64,000 nt of DNA, from the NCBI GenBank assembly GCA_002189035.1, contig NEEC01000012.1, positions 992,001-1,056,000 of the forward strand, read 5' to 3'. The translations under genes and the position numbers were made by a program. Positions 35,617 to 47,779 of the stretch are shown here, in pieces; positions within the stretch are counted from its first letter, which is position 1, and each line of letters begins with the position of its first letter. The DNA comes from Utricularia gibba (taxonomy: Eukaryota > Plantae > Magnoliophyta). The notes beneath the pieces were generated by a model. It saw only the letters and a list, made by a program, of their open reading frames with translations, was not told the DNA's origin and did no database searches.

Positions 35617-37815
35617 GATAAACGGAAATTTTAGCAATGTCATTGCAATAAAAGCAAATTTTCGTATAAAATAAATTTATAAGTCATAATCTACATGATA
35701 ATTGATTTTGTATCGTTTCAAAGCATGTTCTTCCACTGTTCTTGAATGTTGTTTTTACTTATATAAGACCCTACTTTCTCATTATTCTCAATTGATTTTG
35801 CGTCTTTCACACTACTTTGATCTTTTTAGAGAGAAAACGTATTTTGTAGATTTTTAGGGTACTTTTGGATCAATTTGAGAAGAAACAAGATCCACCAAAT
35901 TATAGACTTGATGGGCCACGAATCCCAACCCAAGACTCGGTCAAACGTTGAAGATTTGGTCCAAGATTCGTGGATACGATAGAGATGTGAATAAGATCTT
36001 CGAAGATTTAGATAAAAGATTTAGATAGAAGATCTTATCCAAACCCATCGAATAAGCTCAAACGAAGACTGGGATCTATTCTCTTATAAATACCCCACCC
36101 CTCAACCATTTGAAACGTCTTTGACTACTTTTACTTTGAATCTTTCCTATTTTCGTGTCTATTTTCATGTTTGAGTCGAGTCTGTGCGTGTAGGCACTTG
36201 CGGCTGAGTATCTGTGGTGATGCCTTGCTTGCGCAAGTCCTGCACGTGTGACTCTTTTACTATGTTTTCGACATTTAAATTGAGGTTTGATTCTTTTTTT
36301 CGCAACGTTTTCTTTACCAACGTGCTCTTTAGTACCATATAACCCTAAAGGAGTGTGAGAAAATCAAAAGTTGGCCTTAAGCACCTAAGAAGAATGGCTC
36401 AATCGAACATAGTTGGTAAGACATATTCTGTCTAATCTATCTGCGAAGTGTGAGATATTGGGGTTAGATTTTGGTGTGGGAAAAACATGGGTTATCACAA
36501 GAGGTGAAATGCCTCTGGTGGCGTTGTTGATTCCATAATCCCACAAAACAAGGAATGGTGCTATAAAGGTCACCGAGTAGCACCACTTTAGAATAACACC
36601 CCCAGAGCTTGTGCAAGCAGATCAGTCTTCAAGGTTCGCTCACACACATGGATGAGTTTTAAGTAGGTAGATCTTAAATCTAATGCCACTTTCCTTATTG
36701 TTTTCAAAACCAAATCTTTCTTTTGTTTTGAGTCTTTTTAAGTCTTTGTTTTGAAAAGAAAATTCCAATTACAATTCCCTGTGGATACGATCTTATTTTC
36801 TTACTTCGACGGTTTCTGTGTACTTGCAGAATCATCATCACTACACAAAATACAAATTTAGAAAACTTGTATAGTAGATGTCAGGGTCGATCATGAGGAG
36901 CTTGTTCTTGCTAAATGTTTCAGTAGATGCATAATTAAGGATAATAGTAGGTTTTTGTCTAAGGTCGGACTAGCAGTGGCAAGTAAGTTCAGTAAATGAA
37001 ATCATGTTTAAATGCAAAAGGTAACAAGTAATAGTTCTAACTCAGAATAATATGAAAATGTCATAAGAGTTTGCAAGTGATGTGGTGCTAAAATGTCTAA
37101 CTTAAATTACTATATTACCATACTCATAACTTTAAATAACCTAAGTCTACACAAGTCATTTGTCATATTTTCGGCTAAGCTAGTCCTCAATATCATCATC
37201 AACCTTACAATTAGGTCTACCCGCATGCAATGTGTATAAAACTAGGTCTATCCGGCTCTACTAGTTCTACCCTGAACTAACACCCACTGCGCCCATCTTG
37301 ATTTGTTGATCTACCATTAAACCAAGCTTCTTAGTCATGAAGTTACGTGTTCCCCTCGTTAAGTCTACCTATGAAATGATAGAAAAAAGAACTAAGAAAC
37401 AATGATAAATTTTACTAAGAATCCTAGACCCACACCACCATGCTTCACCTTAAGACATTCTTAGAGTTCTAATTACTCATACTTTGAAGGTAAAACATGA
37501 TAACCTTAACATAAAACAACGAAACTATCAAGAACATTATGAAAAAGTTGCGTGCAAAAACTGAAAACATCAACAAACTAAAATAAAACAGTAAGTCTTC
37601 TGGTTTCCGTTTGCTACTATTTCTTGGCCAGAACAGTAATGCTAAACTAGTTCTGATGCTGTTCTTGAGGGTGAAGTTCTTCTTCTCCTCTCCTGGTCGG
37701 TGTTCTTCGTGTTCGAGCTGTTTGTCGGTGGAGAAGTTCTTCTTCCCAACGTTGGAGGTTGGTGGAGTTGGAGGGAAAACCCTCGTGTGTATTCTAAAAA
37801 CTTCTTGTCTCATTT
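35617..37815 (-). mobile_element. Truncated Athila-like LTR (family of 47780-48818) carrying a nested solo LTR
   Basis: 35617-35695 and 36841-37815 are the reverse complement of ~47780-48818. Confidence 0.85.
35696..36840 (+). mobile_element. 1145-bp solo LTR (Athila-like)
   Basis: TGATA...CATCA termini; perfect TSD CTACA (35691-35695, 36841-36845); 3' end TTCCCTGTGGATACGAT...GTACTTGCAG typical of Athila-type LTRs. Confidence 0.88.
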
Positions 37816-38244
37816 CATCACTCAAATGTGCATAAGTAGATTCCTCTTAAAAAGTGTTTTCGAAGATCACATGTTATAGAATTGATCCCTTCAAGGTCAC
37901 TAAAGATCACTGTTGCCAACCCATTTTTTCTTCTTCTTTTTTTTTTCTTTTCGTTTCTTTTTTTTTTTGGTAGTGGAGGGGTAGCTTGTTCCAAACTAAT
38001 CCGGGCATAATTTGATTGCCCCTTTTCTTCGACAGAGTGTTGACCAAGCACTTACACCTTATAACACCAGACTCCTTCATTCTCCTCTGGATTTGTCTAT
38101 CCTTGCTCACCCTTTCACTACTTATTGAGTTTGCATATATTCTTTTAATATGTGCTACTCTTTAGGACTTGGGTCTCAGGTTTTTTCTTTTTGTTTTTTT
38201 TCTTCGACACTTTATTCTCCTCTCTTCTTGTTTTCGTGGTTGGC

Positions 38245-39325
38245 TGTTGGTTTATGTATTCTAGAGACAATCAGCTCATTGGAAAATCTTATCTTTTGAT
38301 GTTTTCCTTGAATTGTGATCAAGTTTATATCATTAATAAAATCCTCTACTTGATCTATGTGCTATAGAAATTATGATGAGATCATAATGTGATATTCTTC
38401 AAGCATTTATGTTCAAGTTGAAAAACTCCCCGGCTAGAGTATTTGTGAAATAAGGATATCACAAATACGAATAAGCTCACACACATTGAGTTCCCTAAAT
38501 GACTCATCTTCGAGATTACTAGAACCTATATGTAGGTGTCTATTAGAGAATCGATTTACTAGATGACTCATCTTCGAGATGCTACTATGAGAAGCTAACC
38601 AAGTGTCAGTAGCAAGATCTAGAACATGACAACCGTGCAAGTAAGCTTAGACTTAAGGTCAACAAAGTTATCTTGCTCTTAAGCTCACATTTTCGCTCAT
38701 TACTAATGGGACTCTAACCATGGCTTGCCTAGTATGGATGAGTAGGGATGTGACTCCTTAAGATTGACGATAGTTGATTGATCAATAAAGGATTCATCAC
38801 TTATGTTAGCGATGAAATCATATCTCAAGTAATTGCATCAAAGTCTAATAGTAAGTCCTAGGCTCAGGGTAATGACACTCGAATTGTTTGAGTAGATCTT
38901 TGAGTGTTAGTGCTTGAATGCAATCATAAGTTCGATACATCAGAAAAGACACACACCCTTGTTCTGATATCGAATGAGATACAATTATGATGAAAGTTGT
39001 TCATTGCATGGTGGCTGGTCATGGAACGGCTGAATCTGTTCACCTTATTATTTTTACATCTTGAGGATCATAATATGTTGCTAGACATCACTCATGATCG
39101 ATAAAGATGGGTTTCATTAATTAAGAGTTAATTAATAAAGCCATTATTACGTCCTTGATTGAAGAAGCCTATAGGGTCATACACAATAGTGGAGTCACTC
39201 ATCGATATAAAATAGAATGACACAATTACATAAGATGTAATTGGTAAAGTGGATAAATTAAATAAAGAGTTATTTTGAGATTAATATTGATTAAACTCAA
39301 AATAAAAGATCTTATATAGATAAAC
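38245..39325 (+). mobile_element. 3'-truncated copy of the 12198-13697 LTR family
   Basis: Colinear with ~12198-13295 from TGTTGGTTTATGTATTCTAGAGACAATC onward. Confidence 0.88.
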
Positions 39326-39700
39326 CCTTCCCTAGTCCTGCCCTGAAATAGGAACCTGATTATATCTAGAATATCCATCTAAAGAACAATAAAACGATTT
39401 TCCATCTAATTTTTCCAACATCTGATCAATTAAAGGCAAAGGATCATGATCTTTCTTTGTCACTTCATTTAATTTTCGATGATCTATACAAAACCGTCAT
39501 CCATTTTGCACCCTTTGTGGAACAAGCTCGCCTCTCTCGTTCTCTACCACGGTCATCCCAATCTTCTTTGGCACAACGTGAATGGGGCTCAATATACTTC
39601 AAGAGAGTTAAATTCAATTGAGTGTTCCCCAATGCTTTCAACATTTTCTCCTTCTCGGTTTGCTCTTCTTTCAACTTCAGCCTTCCTAGAAAAGAAGGTT
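39326..39700 (-). pseudogene. Athila-type RT fragment
   Basis: LSPIHVVPKKIGMTVVENERGELVPQRVQNG*RFCIDHRKLNEVTKKDHDPLPLIDQMLEKLDGKSFYCSLDGYSRYNQ. Confidence 0.88.
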
Positions 39701-40130
39701 GGGTCACCTTCATCGTGACATGTTCTAGTAGTACCTCCACTTCTACATTTTGTGGGTTTAAAAATATTCATGTTTGATGATGGGTGTAATTTATTTCAAT
39801 TTAACATGAAAAGATATTTCGTATGTAAGTATAAATATTGGGTAATTGATAATTTTATTTATAAAATAGGAAGGGCACGTTTGGTTGGTGGGTAATACCT
39901 AAATCTGGATTTAGTTTATTTAAGTGTAGACAAATAGGTTTTATAGATCTACAAAATTTTTCGTGTTTGGTTGATGGAGTTAATTTATTTGGTTTTAAGA
40001 TGAAAAGATGTTTGGTACGTGGGTATAAAATTAAATATATGATCAATGTTTACATGAAATTACCAATATACGCTTTCAAAGAAAAAACCACCCCTTTATA
40101 TAAGAATTAGTTTTCTCGCTCCCCCACCCT

Positions 40131-40156
40131 CCCCCCCCCCCCCCCCCCCCCCCCCC
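40131..40156. repeat. Poly-C homopolymer (26 nt)
   Basis: Seen directly; a second C-run lies at ~43033-43048. Confidence 0.9.
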
Positions 40157-40500
40157 AACTCTATTTTTTAGTGTGTTCACTTGCTTGGACTCAAGAATTT
40201 GTTGATTTCAGAATCAATTCGTGGGTTTAAATGTTGTATGTTGTCGCTGGTTTTGCTTCTTCTTGCTTCATTTCCTCTGATCTAGACCACAAGAAAAATG
40301 AATAGTGGAAGCTAGATGAGGAGGACTTGTTCCACACTATAAAGTAGATAGAGAAAGAAGGTTGGAAGATCGAGAATAGTTTTAATGGTAGGTATCACCG
40401 AGTGCTAGAGTCAAAGTTCTCGAAAGTCCACCTAGGAACTAACATCCACACATCCACACATATCCTCTAAGGTGTATACATGGAAAAAGGATTATTATCT

Positions 40501-41750
40501 TGTTGCATGTCGTTTTCCTCAACAAATTTTAAATATATAAAATGTAAAATACAAAAGAGCATAGTACAATTATCGATCTCAAGGAATTGAGTTTTGTAAA
40601 AAGTATTTTGTAAGAAACTTTTACAAAATGTCACAATTTCGCAAAAGGGGATTTTTAGTACATAAATAAAAGTTTCAACCTAATAATGAACCTTGACTAT
40701 GGGATGCAATTCCTAGGAATGAGATTCATCTCCTTCCTTTGTCTATCCTCACCTCGATTTTCACTAATTTCTTCTGAATAGCTGGTTATAGGAGCAAGGA
40801 ATAGCTTACTCTCCCTTACACTCATGTGATTCTCCTTTGGATGATTTAGGAAACAAAAGGATTGCCGTTGACTGCCTTCAAAACCAAATTGCGTGTGTGC
40901 GCCCAACCATTTCCAATGGCCAATGGCCAATGGCGAGCATGAGGCCACTACTCATCCATTTTCACGGTACCTTAGTCACAAAGAATTTGCTACTTCCCTC
41001 GAACCGGTTGGGTTGGAGTTGGTGCTCTTTGCCTTGCTCTTTATCAAAATTCACGAAGAGTGGCTTGCTCCTCATGGACTGAACAAGGAGTCATTACAAA
41101 AAGATTGTAACAAGACGCATGAAAGTATGCAAAATCCAGAATGAATTCAATGAAGAACCGATTGGAGTGCTCAAGATTTTGAAGGAAATTTCATCTTCTC
41201 CAAGAAATAAAAAGAGTTTAGCCCAAAAGAGCCATAAAAACAGAAACAAAAATGGAAGCTAAATGCTCTTCCTCCTTAGAGGAAAGGAAGCACCCAAAAG
41301 TTCTAATTCTAGAAAGAAAATATTAAAAGTCCAAAAGTCCAAAAGTCCTCGAAATAAGTGTTCCAAGTTGATTTTATATTACTCCCCACGTGCATTAACT
41401 CCTTCTAGCCCCTTCCCATCATTCCTTCTGTCTTGCATGCACCACCAGCTTTCCTTTGCATGCAAGTTAGCGCCCAATCATATCTGGAGACTCTGACATG
41501 TCATAAGTTAGGGGCCTTGACCAGTATTAGTCTTCTACCCACAATTGTTCCATGTCGCGTGCAAGGCACAAAAAGTCAGAGTCTGACCTCCTACAACACT
41601 CCACGATTGCCTTCTGACATATCTCGGTCAAAGTGCACAAACAAAAACAAGGAAAATATATACAAAATAGAAAAAGAATAATTTTCTAATAAAATCAAAT
41701 ACTTAACAATAAGACTCCTAATTTGGGTGACTTAATACTAGATTAACACC
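40501..41750. mobile_element. LTR-like repeat; related pieces at ~47200-47650, 53951-54445 (internally deleted) and 57290-57760 (inverted)
   Basis: Shared starts TGTTGC(A/G)TGTCGTTT, GATC(A/T)CA(A/G)GGA.TT...AAAAGT.TTTTGT and GACATATCTCGGTCAAAGTG...CTCCTAATTTGGG. No TSD found. Confidence 0.7.
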
Positions 41751-43149
41751 AAATAATACTTAGCAAGGCCGGTCATTAGTTTCAATGAGTTAACCAATAC
41801 TGTAGATACTGAGAGGAGGCCAAAAAGGAGATCGAACAAGTACTTATCTGTTATAGTCAGCAGTGTTATACTCGGTACTCATTTTATGCTTATGTCAACA
41901 TGTACCGAGGTTGCGCGTACTAGGATATAAAGTGTGGGCTAATTAGACGAAGTGACAACAAATGTTTGGAAATGATCAAGCTATCGAAGATAATATTGTG
42001 AGCTTTGTAGACGTGACCAAGAATAGAAAATTTGTCAAAGAGTTTGGTGAGCTTTGTAGACGTGACCAAGAATATGAGCTTTTCCTACCTTGACACATCT
42101 TATGACCCATCTGGTTTTGGTGTTGATTGTATTAATGTCACCCATAGAGTAGGGACTTCAAATCACACAATAGCATAGTTTCCTTGCGGTGTTTTGGGTG
42201 ACGCGCATGGGGGTTGAGGGGAAGCAATGATTCTATGCAATTCTTTGTCTAAATGGAGGAGCTTAATATGCAGACATGTAAGGAGTTACATTGCTTGGGG
42301 TCAACAATGGTGCAACAAGCTTGAGACTTGGTAGAGAACTAGCATATGGCTGGGAAGATCCTCATTGGTATGTCGTAGCAACTGTCTATGATTTAAGTGA
42401 CTATGAAAGAGAACCTATTGTGCATAGCCTAGCCTTTGACCTTACACCTTGAAATAGTTGTGTGGTTTTTATCTTGTGTTGGAGTTCAGGAATGGCTGTA
42501 TGTCTATCTTTTGTTACATCTATCCACTTGTTAGTTTATACACTGAATATTTTAGCTTTTAAGACAATGTGTATGGTATTGCACATGAAAGTTGGGGCTG
42601 AAGATGAAAACATGTAGCTTCTATATGCAACAACAGATTAAAATTGGGAAGGTTTTATATAGGGATGAACATTGTATTATCGGATAAGTAGTGTTCCAAA
42701 AGCACGTTGTTAGGAATGAGAGCACCGCATTGGCATTAACTATTGTGATGTCATCTACAAAAGCACTACATATGGGCATACTCTATGCAATGCTAAGTTG
42801 TGGCATTGGATCGAAAGATACTAGATAGTTGTTTGGAGTAATGAAAAAGTTATACGATGGTTTAAGCAATATCCATGCAAATTAAGACAACATCGTCTAT
42901 CAGGTAATAACCTTGTAGTTCTTCCACAACAGCTGCTCCTCATTCATCGAACGTTGACCTACCCATCGGCAATCGATGAATGTGAGAACCTCCATCTACT
43001 CAATGAGCTTTTCTAGAAATGCTCTAATATCACCCCCCCCCCCCCCCCGAACTAGAGAAAATTCATTGACTGAGGTGTGTAGGTGGTTGAGCACATGATG
43101 ATCTTGGACTGTCTAATGAAAGTATACAATCTCCAAACATGTGATGGAG

Positions 43150-43560
43150 TGGTGCAAGGAGTGTTGAGACACTCATTGAGTTGGCAAGTGACTTGTATGG
43201 TGTATCATCGATGTGTAGAGTATTTGCCCTTGAACTCTGTGTTGGGACCACTGTTGCAACTCAACATCTTCAGCTTAATAGTGCTTCTCTTGTTGTCATG
43301 CACGGGATAACTAGTGTCATATGTCTTGGATCCATGCCATTGGAAGACAAGCTTGCCAGTGGCCTTTGGTCAAAATCACCACTAGATGACGTCATACAAC
43401 TATTTTGTGAAAGATGTTACTCATAAAATGGAACAATAGCATCATGCATCCTCACCACATAATCATTGTATGAACTTATCGGGCTCTTGAAGACCAGATC
43501 GTAACATGAAAGTGTTTCATGCAACACTGTATCAACTCTTGTGCTCTTGGTGGGATATAC
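43150..43560 (-). pseudogene. Older relic of a NIF/FCP1-like gene related to 21424-23021
   Basis: YIPPRAQELIQCCMKHFHVTIWSSRAR, then after an intron-sized gap LYDVI*W*F*PKATGKLVFQWHGSK and NTLHIDDTPYKSLAN. Same motif order and apparently the same intron position. Confidence 0.72.
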
Positions 43561-44479
43561 AATACAACAACAAGACAATTGAAACATGAAAAAGAAATTG
43601 ATATCAAATTCAAAAACTTCATTCTACTCTTACAAAAGGTGGCAAGATGTGTTTAAGTGACTTCACTCTACTAGAGAACAAATTTAAAAACTTCTTCACT
43701 GCAGGCTTTGGCAAAACCTCCAAATCTAAAACAAGTAGAGAAAAATAGTATGTCATCTCACCCCCATAGATTAATTATAAATAAGCACATGCATGTGATT
43801 ATGTGATGACTCTCCAACATTCTACGAAACCATCATTCTTGTCGAACATTCTGGATTGTTTGGTAGGCACACCCATACAAAATTAGTCCATCAATCATCA
43901 TATGTGCTACTAACATCTTTAACAAGAATCACACCTAAGGGATGAAAAATTTTATAATGCAGTAGTGGCAAATCTAAGTGGAACCACCGAGAGCAAACGG
44001 TTTTGAATTGCAAGTCGTATACGAAAGCAAGATTAAACAAGGGGTTTTTGATAGAAGGTGGGTTTCTACTTTAAAGAAATTCATAAAACTCTGAAAAGGG
44101 GTTTCCACACTAAAGAAAAACAACAAAATACGTAAATCAGCATTTCTAAAGTTTAAAAGTAAACATTACATTTAATACAAAAATTAACCATGTTTATAAG
44201 ATAACCTAAACATGCTCCAGTTACTATTCCAATTCATGCGTGAAAATAGTAAAGAGCACGACAAAGAAAGCATGCTAAGTTGAAGACTCTCAAACAAGGT
44301 AAACATTCAAGTTCATTAATGTAAGCGTGGAAAGAAAGTGTAGAAAATAAACATTTTTTTAGATCTGCAAGTCTGTTCAATGGGTCGTTCATCTTCTTCC
44401 TCTCATGTAGATAGTGTTCTGTTGTCATTCTCGGGGATGGAAGTAGCTCTAGTGTCACTCTGGACTCCCTCATCTCCTT

Positions 44480-46080
44480 CTCTTTCTAGGGTATTCTAAT
44501 TCCTTGTCCCCACTCCTTCAAGTGATAATGCACTCCTCGGTATGATGCCAAGAAGCCTTCCATATTAGCATATCCATTATCGCATAGGTAGTTTGCTCTT
44601 GCATCATCATGTATCCATCTAATCTTGAGAGTACATCATTTAACATTCTATCTATAGAAGACCCATCCCACCAAATATGCAGTTATATAAAATATTGTGT
44701 CCTCATCACATACACCCAACACAATTTAAAATATCACACCCTTTTGATTTCTATACCTAGCATTTTCTGATGTCTTTATTCATATATTGATATACATACT
44801 GTCTATGGCTTCAACAGAACTCCACAAATAGATAATCAATTGTAGCCATATTTTAAAAAATATGTATGAAAGATTTGTCTACCTAGAAGAATTTGAAACT
44901 TCCAAGGGATGTAGATTCTCAGTGCCACATGCAACATCAATTGGAAGTACCGTGAAACACTCTCAGTACTCTTCCTTAAAATATGCGTTTGAATTCAAAT
45001 TTTTTTATGGTCAACTAGAATTGCTTAAAACATGCAAACCATCTCTAGCTCAGCAACGTATTTCCCAACCCTTAAAAATGAAGAATTTTCTGATGGGCTA
45101 CATAAAATAACAAAAGCATCTATAGTGATTCTCAAGTTCTCTATTGTTGTTCTGTTCACATCACTGACCAATCTACTCATGTACTCAACTTGTTTAGAAA
45201 TCTTATCAATGAGAGAATATCTGCGTCTCACCCTTTATCCCATGGTAATTTCCCTAATATAAGTATATTAACACATTCATCCTAATTAAGTATTCAGTTA
45301 ATAGTATCAGAGCTGCACTCAAGATGACATGACTTTCACTAGAAAAATTATTTTCCTCACAACACTGAAACAATCAAGGAAAATAAATCCACACACACAA
45401 AACTACTGATTTTGAAATTGAAAAATAAATCAGTTACAAGAACCACAATATGCATTGGCATTAGATAAAACCCATCAACAGCAAAAAAAAAAAAATGTAC
45501 TAGAAGACCCACTTGTCTACTCCCAATCAATACACAAATGTGATACTACCGGTAATTTGCGTTGCTTGCGGCTGGTTTCTGGTGGATCTATGTTGAAATT
45601 CAGAGTAATGTGAGGGCAAAATTGGAAGCTGCCACACTTTTTTACGTAAACCAATCACCCCCTCTTACTCCACGTCGGTCGTGTAGACACCATCATTGGA
45701 AATTCCTAGGTAAGTAAGAGCCTCGAGCTACTTTGTTATATGTTCTCACTTCGTTACTCTCTTCTATCGTTTTGTTTCCTTCATTGTAGATCATAGATAT
45801 CCCAGAAAAAGATACAAAGCAAACCCAGAACCATAATGAGGAGAAGTACCTCTTACAAGCAAAATAGCTAGTGAATGATGGTGGAAAGATCGAGAATGGT
45901 TTTAGACATGTATCACCAAGTGCTACAATCTCAATTCAAGAAGCTTTGTCCATGGACTGATATTTGCCATATCTGCAGATATCGAGTAAGATGCATACAT
46001 CAAAAAAAGACTAGCTATCTTCTTGTGAATTTCTTAGTCAAATTAGATGCCAGTTTCTATGAGGCAAGAAAACACAAGAA
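44480..46080. mobile_element. Second PIF/Harbinger relic: nuclease on minus (~44480-45260), Myb-like ORF on plus (~45830-46080)
   Basis: Minus: LRITIDAFVILC..., VLGVCDED, YLCDNGYANMEGFLASYRGVHYHLKEW. Plus: LVNDGGKIENGF...PWTDI. Confidence 0.75.
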
Positions 46081-46832
46081 ATTTGAGTAGTAGGTAATGG
46101 CCATCATCTATGAATTTGAGTAGTAAACAAATTTCTAATTTCATTATAATCTCTTTTAGATGCAAAAGTATTAGTTGAGATTGGAGTTGGAGAGAATTCA
46201 GTTCAATTAATGCTTTGAAATAACATGTTATTTTGATTTTGGAAACTTTTGATTGCAAAAGAATGTTGGTGTTTTATTTTGCTTGTATAGCAAACAATTT
46301 AGCTATGTGTTAAGTTGGTGTGTGTATAAAATGCAACAATAGGCACATGTATCTTACATGCACACCATGTTGGCAGTAAAATTGAATCAAATTAGATTTT
46401 GTAGGTGTGAGGCAATCAAAATTAAAATTATTTGATTATGAAATGTGACGTGACCCTCTAATCTAATGAAATTAGCAACCCATGAATATGAGGTGATTTT
46501 GATGCTTAGAAAGAAACCCACCTAAGTCTACCCTCAAGATAATGAATCTCTTGCAACCAGATAATGAAAAAAAAGGGAAATTAGGAGCCACACTTCAGAA
46601 AGAGAAGAAATTAGAAGCGATAATCCTCAGACACCACAAGCTCTAAAGCTTGATAAGTCAAAAAAGGAAATTCCTCGCAAGATTGATGAAATGAACTAAA
46701 AGGTCCTCAAAGAATACATCTCTAGAGTATTTATACCCTAAAATTAGATTCTAACATTACAAAGCCTAAATTAAAAAAAAAAAGCTAACTAGTCCAATAA
46801 CATACATCAAAGATGAAGAGATGTTTGAGACT

Positions 46833-47072
46833 CTAAAGTAGATGTAGCTTCAAGTAGTTGAACTCTTTTGATGGTAAGTCTTCAAGCCCAAGTTCGATTC
46901 CAATAGTGTCGAGTAGAACCTTGAGTGTAGTTTCAACCAGCTTGCTCTTGCTCGTTATCATTGGCTCTAGTGGAATGATCTTACCATCCAAAGTATTTAC
47001 TTGTGCAACATCCTCATCATTTTTTAAATATTCTTCATCATCTTGCTGGGGCTCCTCAACATGTAATTTCAT
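46833..47072 (-). pseudogene. Athila pol linker fragment
   Basis: ELGLEDLPSKEFNYLKLHLL resembles the ELKxLPxHLKY region upstream of RT. Confidence 0.4.
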
Positions 47073-47779
47073 CCTTTTTCTTCATGAAGTAAGCAACACA
47101 TCATGAGAATACTTGTATTTCATATCATAAAAACCATTCTATTGAGGATCGTGAAACAATCAAATGATGCTTTATGCCAAAATCTCTCTATAGCATGTTT
47201 TTTTTTAATTATAAAAAATGTAAAAAACAATTTATTGTAGTGCAAGTGTTGATCACAAGGAGTTTTGTTTTGTAAAAAGTGTTTTGTGTTAAATTATTAT
47301 GAATGGTTACAGGTTTGTAAAAGGGGTTTAAAATACTGAATTTTGATATGAACAATAAGTAATGAACCTTGATTAAGGCAAGATGTTTGTGGGAAAGAAA
47401 ATCCGCTTTATTCTTTATCTTTAGTTGCCTAGTCTTTCACTAGTTGATTTGGAATAACACCTTATAGCACCTAGGAATAATCAACATTTCATTACACTTT
47501 TTTACAAAGAGGAGTGAAAATAGCCACATGTGATTCCCCCTATGATGATTGTGAAGACAAGATTAAGCCCACTAATGTTCTAACCCAATTTTGAGCCCAG
47601 CAGCTACCTGAAAATCATGGAAAAGTCAAGGATTTCGTGCAACTCACTGCATGTCAGGAAGCAATGAATGCATTGTCTCGAAAACCGTCTGCAAGTTAGA
47701 GGTAGGAGCAACAGAACTGTCAAATAATGTACTTGTCTTGGGTAGTGAGAGGAGAGAGAATTGCAAAGAGACTAAGAGT

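Noticed and set aside
39873-40440. Tourist-like MITE starting GGGCACGTTTGG
   Set aside because: No matching opposite TIR or TSD found.
42290-42450. Ulp1-like protease fragment (DPHWYVVATVYDL)
   Set aside because: Only a loose HW motif; no catalytic Cys region found, so the call cannot be supported.
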